Position numbers and translations under genes: made by a program
Shown here: positions 1-14,100 of the stretch, piece after piece
How the letters are laid out: each line of letters opens with the position of its first letter
Numbering within the stretch: the stretch's first letter is position 1
The notes under the pieces: generated by a model
Told to the model about the DNA's origin: nothing
The model's database searches: none
What the model saw: the letters and a program-made list of their open reading frames with translations, nothing else
Assembly: GCF_001194135.2 (NCBI RefSeq)
Contig: NC_068981.1
Coordinates: forward strand, 119,542,069-119,591,603
DNA from: Octopus bimaculoides
Lineage: Eukaryota
Length of the DNA: 49,535 nucleotides
Reading direction: 5' to 3'

Positions 1-29
1 AATCACTGTCATTGTTTTTGAAATGAATC

Positions 30-293
30 TGTTATGTTTCCCTCGGATGACTCGTAGAGATAACACAACGAGTTGTACAATTTAGTTATTACATTTATTG
101 TTCAATTACATACAAAGAACGCACTCACCCAATGTTCGTTATGAATAAACAAAAGTCATGTCCGCCATATATATATCAATGACATTTTACCACAACAGTC
201 CCACAAGACAACAACAATGAAACAATGAACTCAGACGAACCACATGACACACGGAACGTCAGACGAATTACATATCTAACAGTCCATATAACA
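30..293. mobile_element. Solo LTR (264 bp) with 5-bp TSD
   Basis: Termini TGTTAT...ATAACA (6-bp inverted). GAATC flanks it at 25-29 and 294-298. It is CpG-richer than its surroundings. Confidence 0.75.
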
Positions 294-445
294 GAATCTA
301 ACTTGATATTTCATTGTATTTAATGTGAATTCAGTTTTGAATTTCTTAAATTTTGTATTGAATGTCTATATAACAAATATTAAAAAAATGGAAGAAAAAT
401 GCATTCAGCAATGAATTTTCAAAATATGTTTTTACATAATTTCAG

Positions 446-585
446 ACATTTTCTTACTTCATTACAACTAGAAAAGAGTATTTTAGAACCTGAAGCAAGC
501 CGCTTGCCTCAAGATTTGCTGGAAAGATGTGCAGCTATCAGTGCACGACCAAATGCAATCAAAGATCTGGTCGATGTAATGGGAA
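446..585 (+). CDS. PTPN23: PTPN23 exon 1 in window (V domain; HFLTSLQLEK...DLVDVMG)
   Basis: ttcag| acceptor and |gtaagt donor; starts phase 2, ends phase 1. Confidence 0.93.
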
Positions 586-1133
586 GTAAGTGTTTTCTTA
601 TCACTTTATTGTATTGCTTGAGTAATTATCATTACTTAATATTCTTAATTCATCATAAGTATATTTAATCATTGATTCATGATAGCTTCTGCTTGATCAA
701 ATGCTGTTTTCCCTTTAGTATGGTGTGTAAGTGCTTAAACAATTGAACTTCTAAATTAGAGATTGGCAATTCTTGAAAATGGGGCCTAGTAATAAAATCA
801 TTGGAGTTCTGAATTAAAGTGAAAGTAATGAATAAGGGCCTTGAACTGAATGTTGTGCTAAAATAATTTTTTATTGTTCAGACTTGCTCTAGGGAAATGA
901 ATGTTTCTGAAGAAATTTGGTAGCTGGTGAGTGGAAGAATCAGCCAAAACATAACATACATTGAAACACAAAATATGAGACCTTACTGCTTTAGTTATCA
1001 ATTCAGAATTATACAGTATATACAAATATATCGAATTAGCTGTACGTTTGTTTGTGCATCAGTATATATATATATATATGTGTGTGTATGTATATCTCTG
1101 TTTATGTCAACTACATTGGTTACATAGTAGACA

Positions 1134-1182
<49 letters not shown>

Positions 1183-4122
1183 TTTAAGATTTTTTTTTCT
1201 TGTGTAGAGCTATCTGGTTTTGCAACTGAAGTTGAGATGGGAATCAAAGAAGTGAAAGAACTAATTGAGAAGGAAATAAAAGCAGAAGAGGAATTTGAAG
1301 TAAGAATTTTTATATTTCCTTTTACCATATTTTTTCATGATGACACGATTTTATAAAATACTAAGTTTAACAGTCTTTGGTTGTTTTATAAAATACCATG
1401 TTTAGCAGTTTTTGCTTGGTATAATGGTTAGACATGAGACAAGGTGGTGAAATACAATTTTCAGTTGTTGAGTCTCATGGAGGCAATGCAAGTGACTGAG
1501 ACTTCTGGTGATTTGTTGTGCTTGAGAAGAATGCCAAGCTAAGCAAAATCGTGGTTAGTGTTAGTAACACGTAAAAGGCATCCATGCCATTGGCATGTAA
1601 AAGACAGCCAGTACTTTTTGTAGAGTGGTTGGCATTAGAAAGGGCATCCAACTGTAGAAATCAAACCAAAACAGACTGAAGTCTGGTGCAGCTCTCTGGC
1701 TCACCAGCTCCAGTCAAACTGTCTAACCATGCCAGTATGGAAGAAGAACGTTAAATGATGATGTTGGTAGTGGTTAGTGGTGGTTGTTTATGGTAAATTC
1801 ATTTCATAAGTGTAACTAATGAATTGATTTATTAATTCTGAATAATTTTCAGCAGATTCAAATGTGAATATGCTAATTGCTGTTGTATTTTGTCTTTGGA
1901 AAACAATTTCTTCTTTCAGCTAAATATGTATTCATAACACACTTGATTCATTAGTGTAAGGGGACTCTAGGACGCTCAGTGTTTTGACATTGTGTCTCCT
2001 CAGTCAAAGCTACACCAGACAAATGAATCTAACAAGAGTTTGTGACTCTTGTTTATAACTTCAGGAAACAAACCTTTTGTTGAGTCATACTGACATATGC
2101 CAACTAATGAACTGTTCTGAAGCAACCAAACTTTCTAGTGTATACACCCTATTGTGTTTGTTTCAAACTTCCCGGTAACATTTCCACAGAAAGAAAATTT
2201 GGATAGGCAGCACTAATACTGATTTGACATCAAAAGTTAACATTTATTGTAATTTGTTCTGTAATAAGCTTTTTTTTCTTAGTGTTTACCACTGTCATCA
2301 ACTGTTATTAGTTTTCATTTTATTGTTGGTTGTAATCAGTATTGTTGTTGGCACTCTGTCGCTTACAACGTCGAGGGTTCCAGTTGATCTGATCAACGGA
2401 ACACCCTGCTTGTGAAATTAATGTGCAAGTGGCTGAGCACTCCACAGACACGTGTACCCTTAACGTAGTTCTCTGGGATATTCAGCGTGACACAGTGTGA
2501 CGAGGCTGGCCCTTTGAATTACAGGCACAACAGAAACAAGAAGTAAGAGTGAGAAAGTTGTGGTGGAAGAGTACAGCAGGGTTTGCCACCATCCCCTGCC
2601 AGAGCCCCGTGGAGTTTTAGGTGTTTTCGCTCAATAAACACTCACAACGCCCGGTCTAGGAATCGAAACCGTGATCTTATGACCACGAGTCCTCTGCCCT
2701 AACCACTGGGCCATTGCGCCTCCACAAGGTGTAATCAGTATTAGAACTAAGAGAAAGTAACCAGTAGTTTTATTTATTAAAAATGATTATCTATAGGAAT
2801 GGGATAAGAGAGAAAATGAGTGAAAGCAGAGAGGAATCTCTGAACAAGGTATTAGGTAAAAAAGGAATTTGTTGGATAAACCTCAACTTCTCTTTAAATT
2901 CAGTAAGAGTTTTTATTTAACCCCCTTCCAAAAAAATCCCATTCATTTATACATTGATCTTGTTAGAGATGATGAAATTGCTAATAAAGATGAAAAAACA
3001 CATAGATGAACATTATAGTATTGTTCTGAAATGGGAAGAACTATAATGGCATGAGTAATTAAATACCCATTTTTAAAACTACTAAAAACTAATAGTGGCT
3101 GATGGGAAGTGTAACAATGATAGTCATTGTTGTTTTAATAATTTATTGAATTAAAGTGGCGAACAGGCAGAAATGTTAGAACGTAAAAACAGACAAATTA
3201 CCACTAAGCATTTCGCCCGGTGTGCTGAGCTCAAATTCTGCCGAGGTTGACTTTGCCTTTCATCCTTTTGGAGTCGATAAATTAAGTACCAGTTGTGTAC
3301 TGGGGTCGATCTAATCGACTGTCCCCCTCCCCCAAAATTTCGGGCCTTGTTCCTTGAGTAGAAAACTATAATTCATTGAATTATTTCTTCAGCATTGTTT
3401 ATTTCTTTATTTGTTCTAGAATAATCTATAAAAAAGCATAAAACGAAATTGATTGAATTGCATGAAAAGCATGTAAAACATTTCTCTAATTCAATGTAGA
3501 ATGATCTAATTCAATGTAGCATAATCTAATTCACAAAATACTATTGGTGAAGGCAGAATACTTGTGAAAATTTTTGAATTAATGATAAAGGGTTAACTAT
3601 ATAAATGAGCATATGAAGCATCTCTTGAAATTAACACCCTAATTAAGTTAATAGGAAGGAGCCTCTACATAGTTACTCAACCGACAATATGCTGATGTAA
3701 TATTTTTGAGGTAATTTTTGTTATAGTTAAAAATCATCTTGCATAAAAATTGAGAATAAATCCTATAAATATGCAAAATGTATGTAATGCACCTGTCTGA
3801 TTATATTGCTATTTGTGACTAAAAACAGCTCTTATTTGAGGTCTGGTAAATAATTGTGGACTGCTTACATTCAACACAAATGCCATTAAAATAAGCCTGC
3901 AAATTTTCACAACTGTCTCAACCAATTAGCACTTCAATTAGAAAGTCATTCATAATCGTTATCAGTTTTTTTTTCTTTTGTATGTTGATATGGTTGTGTA
4001 TATATCAGCATAAAAATTTGCAGCTCACAGGATATATTATATCATGCAAAAGTTGTTTTAATAATCCATTGAATTATTTCTCGAACATTGTTTATTATTT
4101 ATTTGTTCTAGAATCATCTATG

Positions 4123-4157
<35 letters not shown>

Positions 4158-5138
4158 ATGAAAAGAAACCAGTTAAATTGCATGGGAAATGGATGTAAAA
4201 AAATTTCTCTAATTAAATACAGCATAATCTATTTCAACTTTATTTTTATGCATTTTCCTCCCTCAGAAAACGTTTGGTAAAAGACCTCCAATGACAATCC
4301 TAAACCAAATCCAGAAAGACTGTGAATTGTATGAGTCTGGACATGCGAGGGGCAGTAAATCTAACAAAGATCTTCACAAAGCCATGAATGCTCATGTTGC
4401 CAACTTAAAGTTAATCAGTGGACCTCTTGAAGACATACAGAACTCTTTACCTAATTACGACAGCATTAAAAGTAAGTGTTTGGTATTTTTGTTTTATATT
4501 CTCATTTATTTATTCCATACTAACATAACTGGGACCGATCTAAACGTTTAGGTATATTCATATCAGTTTGTTTCATTTCATTTTTTTTATGTTGGTTTTT
4601 TCCATGCTGGCATACTTTAGACAAGATTTATTGAGGTAGATTTTATAAACCTGGATGTTTTTCCTGTCACCAACCCTTATTTTTCAAGTAAAGTAATGTT
4701 TTATTCCAATAGTCATCACACATTGAAACCGTCTGAGCTATGGTACTTTTGTTTACTGGAGAATGTAATCAGTGTCACTGTTTTACTCAAATAGTGATAA
4801 TAAAGACAGGATCAACACACCAAACGCACACACTCAACCCACACACATGCACTCAACACACACCCACACCACACACATGCATGCACGCACTCACTCACAT
4901 ACTTCCACTCACTCTCACATCATACACACACACGCACATGCACTCGCACACAACACACATGCACTCATACACAATGCATATAACACATGCACTCGTGCAC
5001 AATACATGCGCTTACGCACACTCGCACACACGCACACATGCACACAACACACACACACACTCGCACACAACACACAACACACACACACTCGCACACAACA
5101 CACACACATTCACATACAACACACACACTCTCGTACAC

Positions 5139-5183
<45 letters not shown>

Positions 5184-8100
5184 AACACACACGATGTTGA
5201 AAATGATGAGAGATAGAGGACTATTTATGTCGATATAATCATTCATATACTGACGTGACAAAACAATATAAAACTTGAGAGAAAGAATTCAAGGGTATCA
5301 TCAGCATTTGACAACAAATAGTGAAGTAAGTGTAAACATAATTAATGTTGCAATTTATAATGTTTCAAATATAAATTTGGTTTTGTATTTTCATTAGATC
5401 CGGAAGAGGAAGCTGTCCAAAAAGAGCTAAAAAAATTGCTAGCAAAAGTGGATGAGATGAAATCACAGCGTGTCATGCTTGAGGAACAATTTCGTACCAA
5501 ACTACAAGAAGATGATATTACGAATGTGTTGGTAACACAAGAAGCAAACAAGCAGGTTATTTAAGTAGATTTCTTATCTAATTGTAAGTCTGGTTATTGA
5601 ATTTCAAAAAAAAATGCAGTCTATAGGAAGTACACAGATTGGTTTCATTACCACAGTTTTGATATACTGCTTGTGTAGTTAAAAACTATACCTTAATTGT
5701 TGAAGTAATTTAAAATATGAATTTCTTACAGAAGATTAGTAATTTTTAGAGAAAGTTCATAGTTCACTGAATTGACTTCTAAACTTTGCTAGTAGTTATT
5801 TTACCAACTCTGGCAGAATGAAAGGCCAAGTAAAGACTGATGGAAACTATAAAAGGTGGAACAGAATTGACTAGGAATCCTGTTTGACCTATCGTTTATG
5901 GTATTCTTCCAATTTATCCTTTTAGCATTCATATTACTCTGTCAAATGTAATTTTTATTTATTCACATTATTTTGAATTAATCATGTATTATCTTGTAGC
6001 TTTGAGATTTCAGTGATCTAATTTACTTTAAGAATGATATTGTAAGGTAGGTGTGAAAGGCTACTATTTGGGCCAGATATGGTTAGTTTGAATGGTAAAG
6101 GTTTAAATGACTAGAAATATTATATAGTGAGGTAAGTTCAAGTCCTTGTGTCTTAAATAGAAATTGAAAGATTTACTGTTAAATATCTCTTATGTGAGTC
6201 ATTGATAAATATTGAGCTCCTGTATTTCAGAAAGTTTTCTGAAATCTGTTTGTTACTGCTTCAACATTTTTATAAAGACATTTTTGATATAGAATTTCTA
6301 TAACAACCTGAATCAGTATCAATACAAATAAGAATAGTCAATACTTGTGCTTTTAAAATTGTATTGATATAGATGTATAATATGACTGGATGATTATATT
6401 ATGAATGCAAAATGTGTTGTGAAATTGTGCTGCTGTAGAAGCCAGCTAATGAATGTATAGAATGAAGTGGTTAGGTTTAGTAGTCAGAATATTGGGTTTC
6501 AGGAATGAGATGGCATGAAACAAGGTGCATGCAAAGATACTGTAATTAGTTTAAATCATGCCAATAGGAAAAACAGATTTTAAAATATTGATAGTAATTA
6601 GCTCATATGTGTTTTTTCTCTTTAAGTAGTTGTAGATTTTGTAAGATGATGTATGGTAGTTAAATTTTCAAAAGTTGTTTTTTTGTAGTGAATGAATTGG
6701 AAGTGTTTAATCTAAAAGTTAACAAATCTTGGAATTTGATTGTCATTTTAGTATCTAAATTTTGCTATTTTAGTTGGTTCCAAATTGTTTTTTTTAAAAT
6801 TCATCATAACCGCATAACTATCACCATTTGATTTAGATTTTTTTTTTTTTTACGGTGCAATGTAGTCAGGTTTTCAACACAAGATGTTGACAGCTTTTAA
6901 TGGTTGATTTACTATTTTCTACATTTGAAAGAGGAAAACTGTCATTTTAAAATCATATTTATGTCTACTTAAGGCTTTTGAAAATACTTTGACCTCATTA
7001 ATAGTTAACTTTTAAATATTTCACTTAATATTTTTAACCTCACTCTTTTTTAAAAAATTTTTTCTTATTTTTTTTTACACTTGTCAAATTGGATTTTTTA
7101 ATTTTAACTTCATCCTCTAAATAATTCAAGGGATACAAAAAAAATTTCTGATTTCCAGGAAATATTTGAAGAACAGTTGAAAAAGCATGATAAGACAATC
7201 AATTTAATTGAACAAAACCTTGCTGCCCAAGAAAATATTTTACGAGCTTTAACGAATGCAAATGCAAAATTTGCTAATACTCGAAAGACAATAACCGAGA
7301 TTAGAGTCAAGTAAGTATTACTTTAGTTCTGGATTTGAAGAATATCTCCAAGTGAAACTTATTTGCCTAATCAACTAAACCAGTGTCCTATACTACCTCT
7401 AATCTTCACTGTCAAACTATTCATAAACTATTCACCTGTAGAGTGATGTATATTTTTCAATAAAGTAGCCTGCCCCAATTAAAATATACAGTATGCCTGA
7501 GGAACACAATATACAGGGTGTCCACAAAGTCTGGGTACATGGGGGATTAACACATACTTTAAGAAATTATTATTTCTTATATTTAATTGTTTATGTTATG
7601 ATTTTATTTACACCATGTAGCCAGACTTTGTGTTCACTCTGTACTATCAATTTCACTGTGTAACAAAATTTCTATTTTTTTGTCTTTGGTCAGTAAGTAT
7701 TGTTTTTTATTTACTTCTAAGAAATCAAAGGAAATGATTACTATTCCCTTCAAACTTTGCTTTTGTAACCTGAATATCAATGTTTTGAATCTGACCAATT
7801 TTCCATTACACTTCTGACAGATTCAGTGCTGAGTTGCTGAAGCAGAAATATCGTTATAGCAAATATTCTGCTCAGTCCCACAGATTTGCTTGTCAGTTGC
7901 TTGACCTTAACCACTTGAGCATACCCTTAGTGGCTGACAATATATACATCTTTGAGCAGTAGTAGTGGGGAAGCATCATAGCCATGTATTGAGAGGGATT
8001 CTTTGGGATTTGGATAAATGTAACAAAAGTAAAGTTTGAAGGAAATATTAGCCATTTTCCATACTTTATAGGGGTAAGCAAACAGGAAATAACAGTTGCT

Positions 8101-11100
8101 ACCCAAGGACAAAAATTGTGTCACACGGTGTTATCCTTGTGATTCTAAATATAATTATATTTTTATATACTTAAGAGTTATGTTTCAATTTTTATAACCT
8201 ATTAACATGAACTATGTATCTGAAAATTAGTTAAGAACTATGAGTTTTAACATTAGATTAATATTAAAATATTTTTTCCAAAAACAGGAGTTCAAAATTA
8301 GATATCTTGAGAATTTTTATGTGCTGATAAATTGGTTCTCAATGCTGAATCTGAAGAAATGTACTAAAATCTTTGAAATTTTGAAGAATGTGTTATGGTA
8401 AAAAAACAACAAAACAAAACAAAAAGACTCTTAGATGTCAACATGTCATATGTCAAAGATTACTATTTAGTGACAGAACACAAAAGATCAGCACCATTGA
8501 GATAGCTCTACTTAATATTTAGGAGGTGAGAAAGGTCAACCTTAATTGTGCGTGTTGTTAGTGCAGACATTAGGTATAGAAAATATACAGTGAACTTTCA
8601 GGAATAAATTTTTGAATTTGTAAAGCAACCCAACTCATTTTTCATCAACAAAGTAGCATTAATCATTTAAAAAAAATTTTTTTTTTCATGTGATTTAGAC
8701 GAGAAGCATTGATCAAAGAACTGATGAATAGCTATGATGTTTACGAAGATTTGTTGGCAAAGTCTCATAAAGGTCTTGAGTTTTATACAAAACTAGGGTC
8801 CAGCATTGAGCAGATGCTACGCCGAACTCGGAGTGTCTGCCAAGTGCAAGAAGAAGAGAGGGGCCAAATAAAAAATAAATACAATTCTAAAAGTAAGTAT
8901 GTTGTTATCCATTATTTCTATGCAACTTGAAACTTATCGTGAGTGATTTGTTGTATCACATTATCTGATGTTCAAAAATGGACATCAATTGATTATATTA
9001 TTTGACGTCCATGTTTCTAGGTTTGCATGGATTTTCCAGTGCGATTTTGTCAGTTGTAGTGATTCTTTGTCATCTCTTTGAGGTTCAGCATCTTGGGCTC
9101 AGCTCTTAAATGAACTTTTGTTTTCTTCAGTCTTTCCCTTCTTCAGGTTCCTTCCTGTTGGATCATTTGGCACTTCGTTACTCAGCTGTCATCTTTTATA
9201 CACATCTGATGTCTGTATCAGAGTAGTGTTCTCACTTCTTCACTACAGTCATTTCCTCTTAAAACCACTTTTACTCCTGGTTCTTATGTATTGCTCATTA
9301 GGTCATACTTAATAACTAGCATTATTGTCAGTTGCTGCAAGAGTAAAGGAAATATCTTGCATGTAATTACAGAGGTATCAAATTGCTGGACCAGGTAATA
9401 AAAGTTATGCAGTTATAGCCAAATTAGAAACAAAATTATGTTACACGAGATGCAATTTTGTGCCACAGAGAAATATCACAGATGTCCTGTACCTTGTAAG
9501 ACAACTGCAGAAGTATTTAGCTAAAAGAATGTCATGGTATTTGACTTATGACCTGGAGAAAATCTTTGACAGGGTTCCTTACTCTGTGATCTGTAGGTCT
9601 CTGGGGAAGTTAAGAGTAGATGAATGGCTTGTCAGAAGCATACTACCCATATGTAGTGTGCTGTCAGTAAGGCGAGAGTTAGCCATGTATACAGCAATGA
9701 ATTTAGAGTACAAGTTGATTGAGAATGAAAAATGGGATGTTAATAGAAAGTCATATTTGTTTGTCTCTTGTAAACAATACATCTCATAGTCCAGCAGTTT
9801 CATTGTTTTTGATGTGTGAAGACTAGTGGAAGGGGGAAAAATACCTTCCCTTTCAAACAAGGTTGGTAGCATCTGACTATAAGGTCACATCAAAATGTTT
9901 CATTTAACCTTTACTAGCTAGGAAAAGTGGAGATAAAAATGAAGACTTGAAAATAATTCATTAACCAAAGCTATTTTGTTTTTTGTTTTTATTAATGAAC
10001 CATTCATTAAAATCTATACTAGGCTGGTATCACGGTTCTATAGTTGAATTTTTAATTTTACAATTAGCTGCTCCTCTTGAAGGCAATTAATATAGTGAAA
10101 GGTGATTAGCTTCAAATAAGAATCTATAAAGTTTTGTCTTTCATTGTGATGTGTTAAATGTTTCAGCTTCAACCCCATCCAGACCTGCAGCACCCAAACC
10201 TGGCAGCAATGTACAATCGTCATTACCAAGTTTCGAAGGACCCAAACTTAAGGATTATCTACCTTATATGAAACCAGCTACTTTTGGCAAAGGTGCTAAG
10301 GGCCAAACGGATAGCCACTCTAGTGGTTCATCAACACCCGATGGCTCTGTCAGCTTACCTGATTTAACTGCAGCATCAGTGGTCTTGCACCATGAAGGAG
10401 AGGGAGGAAGCAGTGGTGCACTTCCAGCTGGTGTAGGAGGATCTATGTCTCAAGGCACCCAGGTATGTTTACCACTTGCATTTTTTATAATGTCTCCCTT
10501 TTTTTAGATTTGTCTGACTGTGATGGAAATGAGCTTTTGTTTTCCATTACTTTCCCTTGCAGAGTGCTGACACTCAACAGTTTATTGTGACTGCAGTTCC
10601 TTTTAAAATACCTAGCAGTGCAGATGCTGGTGCCATATCAGTACCATCCTCTGGTACTCCTGTGGAAATGAGTAGAACTTTGCCACTTACAGGTCCATCA
10701 TATGTGGCACAAGAGCAACAAGAGTCTCAGCAATGCAAATCACAGCTCCTACCACCACCACAGCAACGTCAGCAACACACCACTAATACCGTTTCTGCTG
10801 TGGCCACACCCATTGCTTCACCAACTATGGATGTTCAGGCTTATTCCCACGTATTGCCTAGCACTGCTGGAGTTAACAGTACTTTCAACAGGCAGCAAGG
10901 AATCAGTGTCTCTGCAAATGTGCAGGTAGGATCTTCCTTAATAAGTTCCTCTTGAGAGATAAANNNNNNNNNNNNNNNNNNNNNNNNNNNNNNNNNNNNN
11001 NNNNNNNNNNNNNNNNNNNNNNNNNNNNNNNNNNNNNNNNNNNNNNNNNNNNNNNNNNNNNNNNNNNNNNNNNNNNNNNNNNNNNNNNNNNNNNNNNNNN

Positions 11101-14100
11101 NNNNNNNNNNNNNNNNNNNNNNNNNNNNNNNNNNNNNNNNNNNNNNNNNNNNNNNNNNNNNNNNNNNNNNNNNNNNNNNNNNNNNNNNNNNNNNNNNNNN
11201 NNNNNNNNNNNNNNNNNNNNAAAATTAAGATGTCTTTGATGTGAAGATAATTTAAAAAACATTCAAATGAAATGAACAAATAAAATTTATATATTTCCTA
11301 TTTAACTCCAGTAGAGATTTTGATTTCTTTTTTCTAATAGCCCCATTTCAAAAAATATTTTGATTTTTATCTTTTTATTTTGTTCTAATCATTAAATATG
11401 CTATTTTTTAAATGCTATAAATCACTGTTTAAATTTTGAATTATTTCTATAATTAAATGAATGTTTAAGTAGGATTAAAGGAAAGACTGCAATTTCTGAG
11501 AGGTAGAAAGTGTTTTTTTTTTTTTTTTTAGTCACTGCTTGTTTTATCTTAACTGGCATTCATATAATTGACCTGCTTGAAGTATTGGATCTATGGAGGT
11601 TTCTCTTAAGTTTCCTATTTGCTGTTTGCCATAGGCAACTACAGAAAAATTTGACAAAATTTACTACCTAGCTACAGGTGTGGCTGTGTGGTAAGAACCT
11701 TGCTTCCAAACTAACTACATGGTTTTGGGTTCAGTCCCACTACATGGAACCTTGGGCAAGCATCTTTTACTGTAGCCTCGGGTCAACCAAAACCTTGAAT
11801 GGATTTGGCAGATGAAAACTGAAAAAAGCCTGTGTGTGTGTAATCTGTGTATGTCTCCCACCACCTCTTGATAACTGGTGTTGGTGTGTTTATATCTCTG
11901 TAACTTAGTGGTTTGGCAAAAGAGACCAATAGAATAAGTATTAGGCTTAAAAAAAATAAGTCCTGAGGTCAATTTGTTTGACTTAAAAAATATAAAAATC
12001 CTTCAAGGCAGTGCCCCAGCATGGCCACAATCAAATGACTGAAATGAGTAAAAGAGAAGATACTACCTAATACTATTTCAATTACTTGCTGGCACTCCAT
12101 TGGTTACAACAATGAGGGTTCCACTTGATCTGATCAACAGAACAGCCTGCTCATGAAATTAACGTACAAGTGGTTGAGCACTCCACACACACGTGTACCC
12201 TTAACATAGATCTTGGGGAAATTCAGCGTGACACAGAATGTAACAAGGCTGGCCCTTTGAAATATGGGTACTATGCATTTTTGCCAGCTGAGTGGACTGG
12301 AGCAATGTGAAATAATGTCTTGCTCAAGGACACAACGCGTTGCTGGGAATTGAACTCATGACCTTACGATTGTGAGCTGAATTCCCTAACCACTAAACCA
12401 CTTGCCTTCACTTTAATTTCTAAAAGCAATTTTAACTGCACAATGTACCATATATCCTTCAATATAAAGAGGACTCCAAACTGGGATGACACTTTGACAT
12501 GTAACAACAAACAGCTAAGAACATTTCATTGAAGAACCCCCTTTTAAGGTTGGACTTTATTACAAGTGGCAATTTTTGAAAGACCAACCTTTCTTTACAT
12601 TCAAGCTAATTATTTATTCACTTACTCATTTAAATCAAATAATTTCAACAGTACAAAATATTGCATCTCCCATATTCACATCCTCAATACTTACATTTAG
12701 AAACACTCAAGTAGTGACATACTAAATAAATCTATAATCGAAAGAAATATTGTGGGAATCAATTACAAGAGAAATAATATTAATCAGTACTCACTTTCCC
12801 AAACATGAACTGTATAATGCACTCTGTTACAGATATTTTCAAATTTTGATTACATAGACCTAAATGTGTTTTTATTATGCATACATCACAAATGTAGCAG
12901 CTTTTCACTCATACTTACATAACCACTACTTAGAAACGCTTTAGTTATTTAGGCATCATTGAAAGAAGACAAAACTTATCACCAAGTAGATAACATATTT
13001 AATGAAGGAGAGAAGTTACAGGGCCTTTGACAGCAGTGAATACTGTAGAAGTGGCATTGGTTACATGAATTATTGATGATAATCATTTTCTAATTTAGGC
13101 ACAAAACCAACAGTTTTAAGGGAGGGGGTTAGTTTAAACCAGTTTCTCAAAGTGAGTCCCTTGAAAAAAGATCTGGGTTTCCTTGAAATCAGATGTTTTT
13201 AAATAAAATTTGATAATTTTCTGTTCACCATTTTCGAAGTAATAAGTTATATTTTTTATATGAATAAAATTTTTCTCTGAAAGAATTTTATTTAATGTTT
13301 TATTAAAAGTAGATGGAGTTGTGATTTTCCAAGTCACAGATCCCATATCTATATTTCACACATGTTTTTTTCCCCCTTTTTTTACCAAAATAAATTTGAC
13401 AGTTGTTGGCCTGAGCTTTCAGGGGAGCTTCAATCTATTAGAAATAGAAATCAGATTCCTTCCAAGGACACATTTTAATTTATAAAAAAAATTGAAGGTC
13501 ACATTGCATATAGCTTTAGATTCACAAAGCATTTCACAAAGGTTTGCTTGTTTAGGTCCAAACTGAGGTTAAGAATGAGTCTTTACCTGTACTTGACAAA
13601 AACCACGAAAAGAGACCCCAGTTAAATATTTACTATGATAAACTAGTGTAACCTGTAGCTACTGGCTAGGCTTTTCATGGTTTCATTTCCCACACTCCAA
13701 TATAAGAATATGGTTGCACCTGTTGATTTCATGGGACAAGGAATAAGAGTTGTGATATTCATGCTAGTCCAAGAGTATTAAGTGCATAAATAAAATGACT
13801 AGAAAGCAAATTTGGGTCCACCAACAATAACAACAGCTCAGCAAATGCAGCTTGTAATAAATAAGTTTATTAGAAAAGAAAATGCGTGTTGAATGACATG
13901 ATCATGAGTCATTTATTGCATTCTTTGGACATTGTTCTATATTGCCTCCTTCACAATAGTCTGTTTCTGCTTTGTAGTGAAAGGAAGAACGTCTAACAGC
14001 AATTGTAAACAATTTAAACCACTCAAAATCCCTGTACAAACATGTAAAAACAGATGTAAAAGCAACAAAAACGGAAAATGGAGGGCAGAAAAAGATTGTG

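Noticed and set aside
4740-5238. His/Thr-rich and Cys/Val-rich ORFs
   Set aside because: These are translations of a compound (CA)n microsatellite inside intron 3.
10903-11279. ORFs spanning 10964-11220 (also 27833-28189)
   Set aside because: These are artefacts of N gaps.
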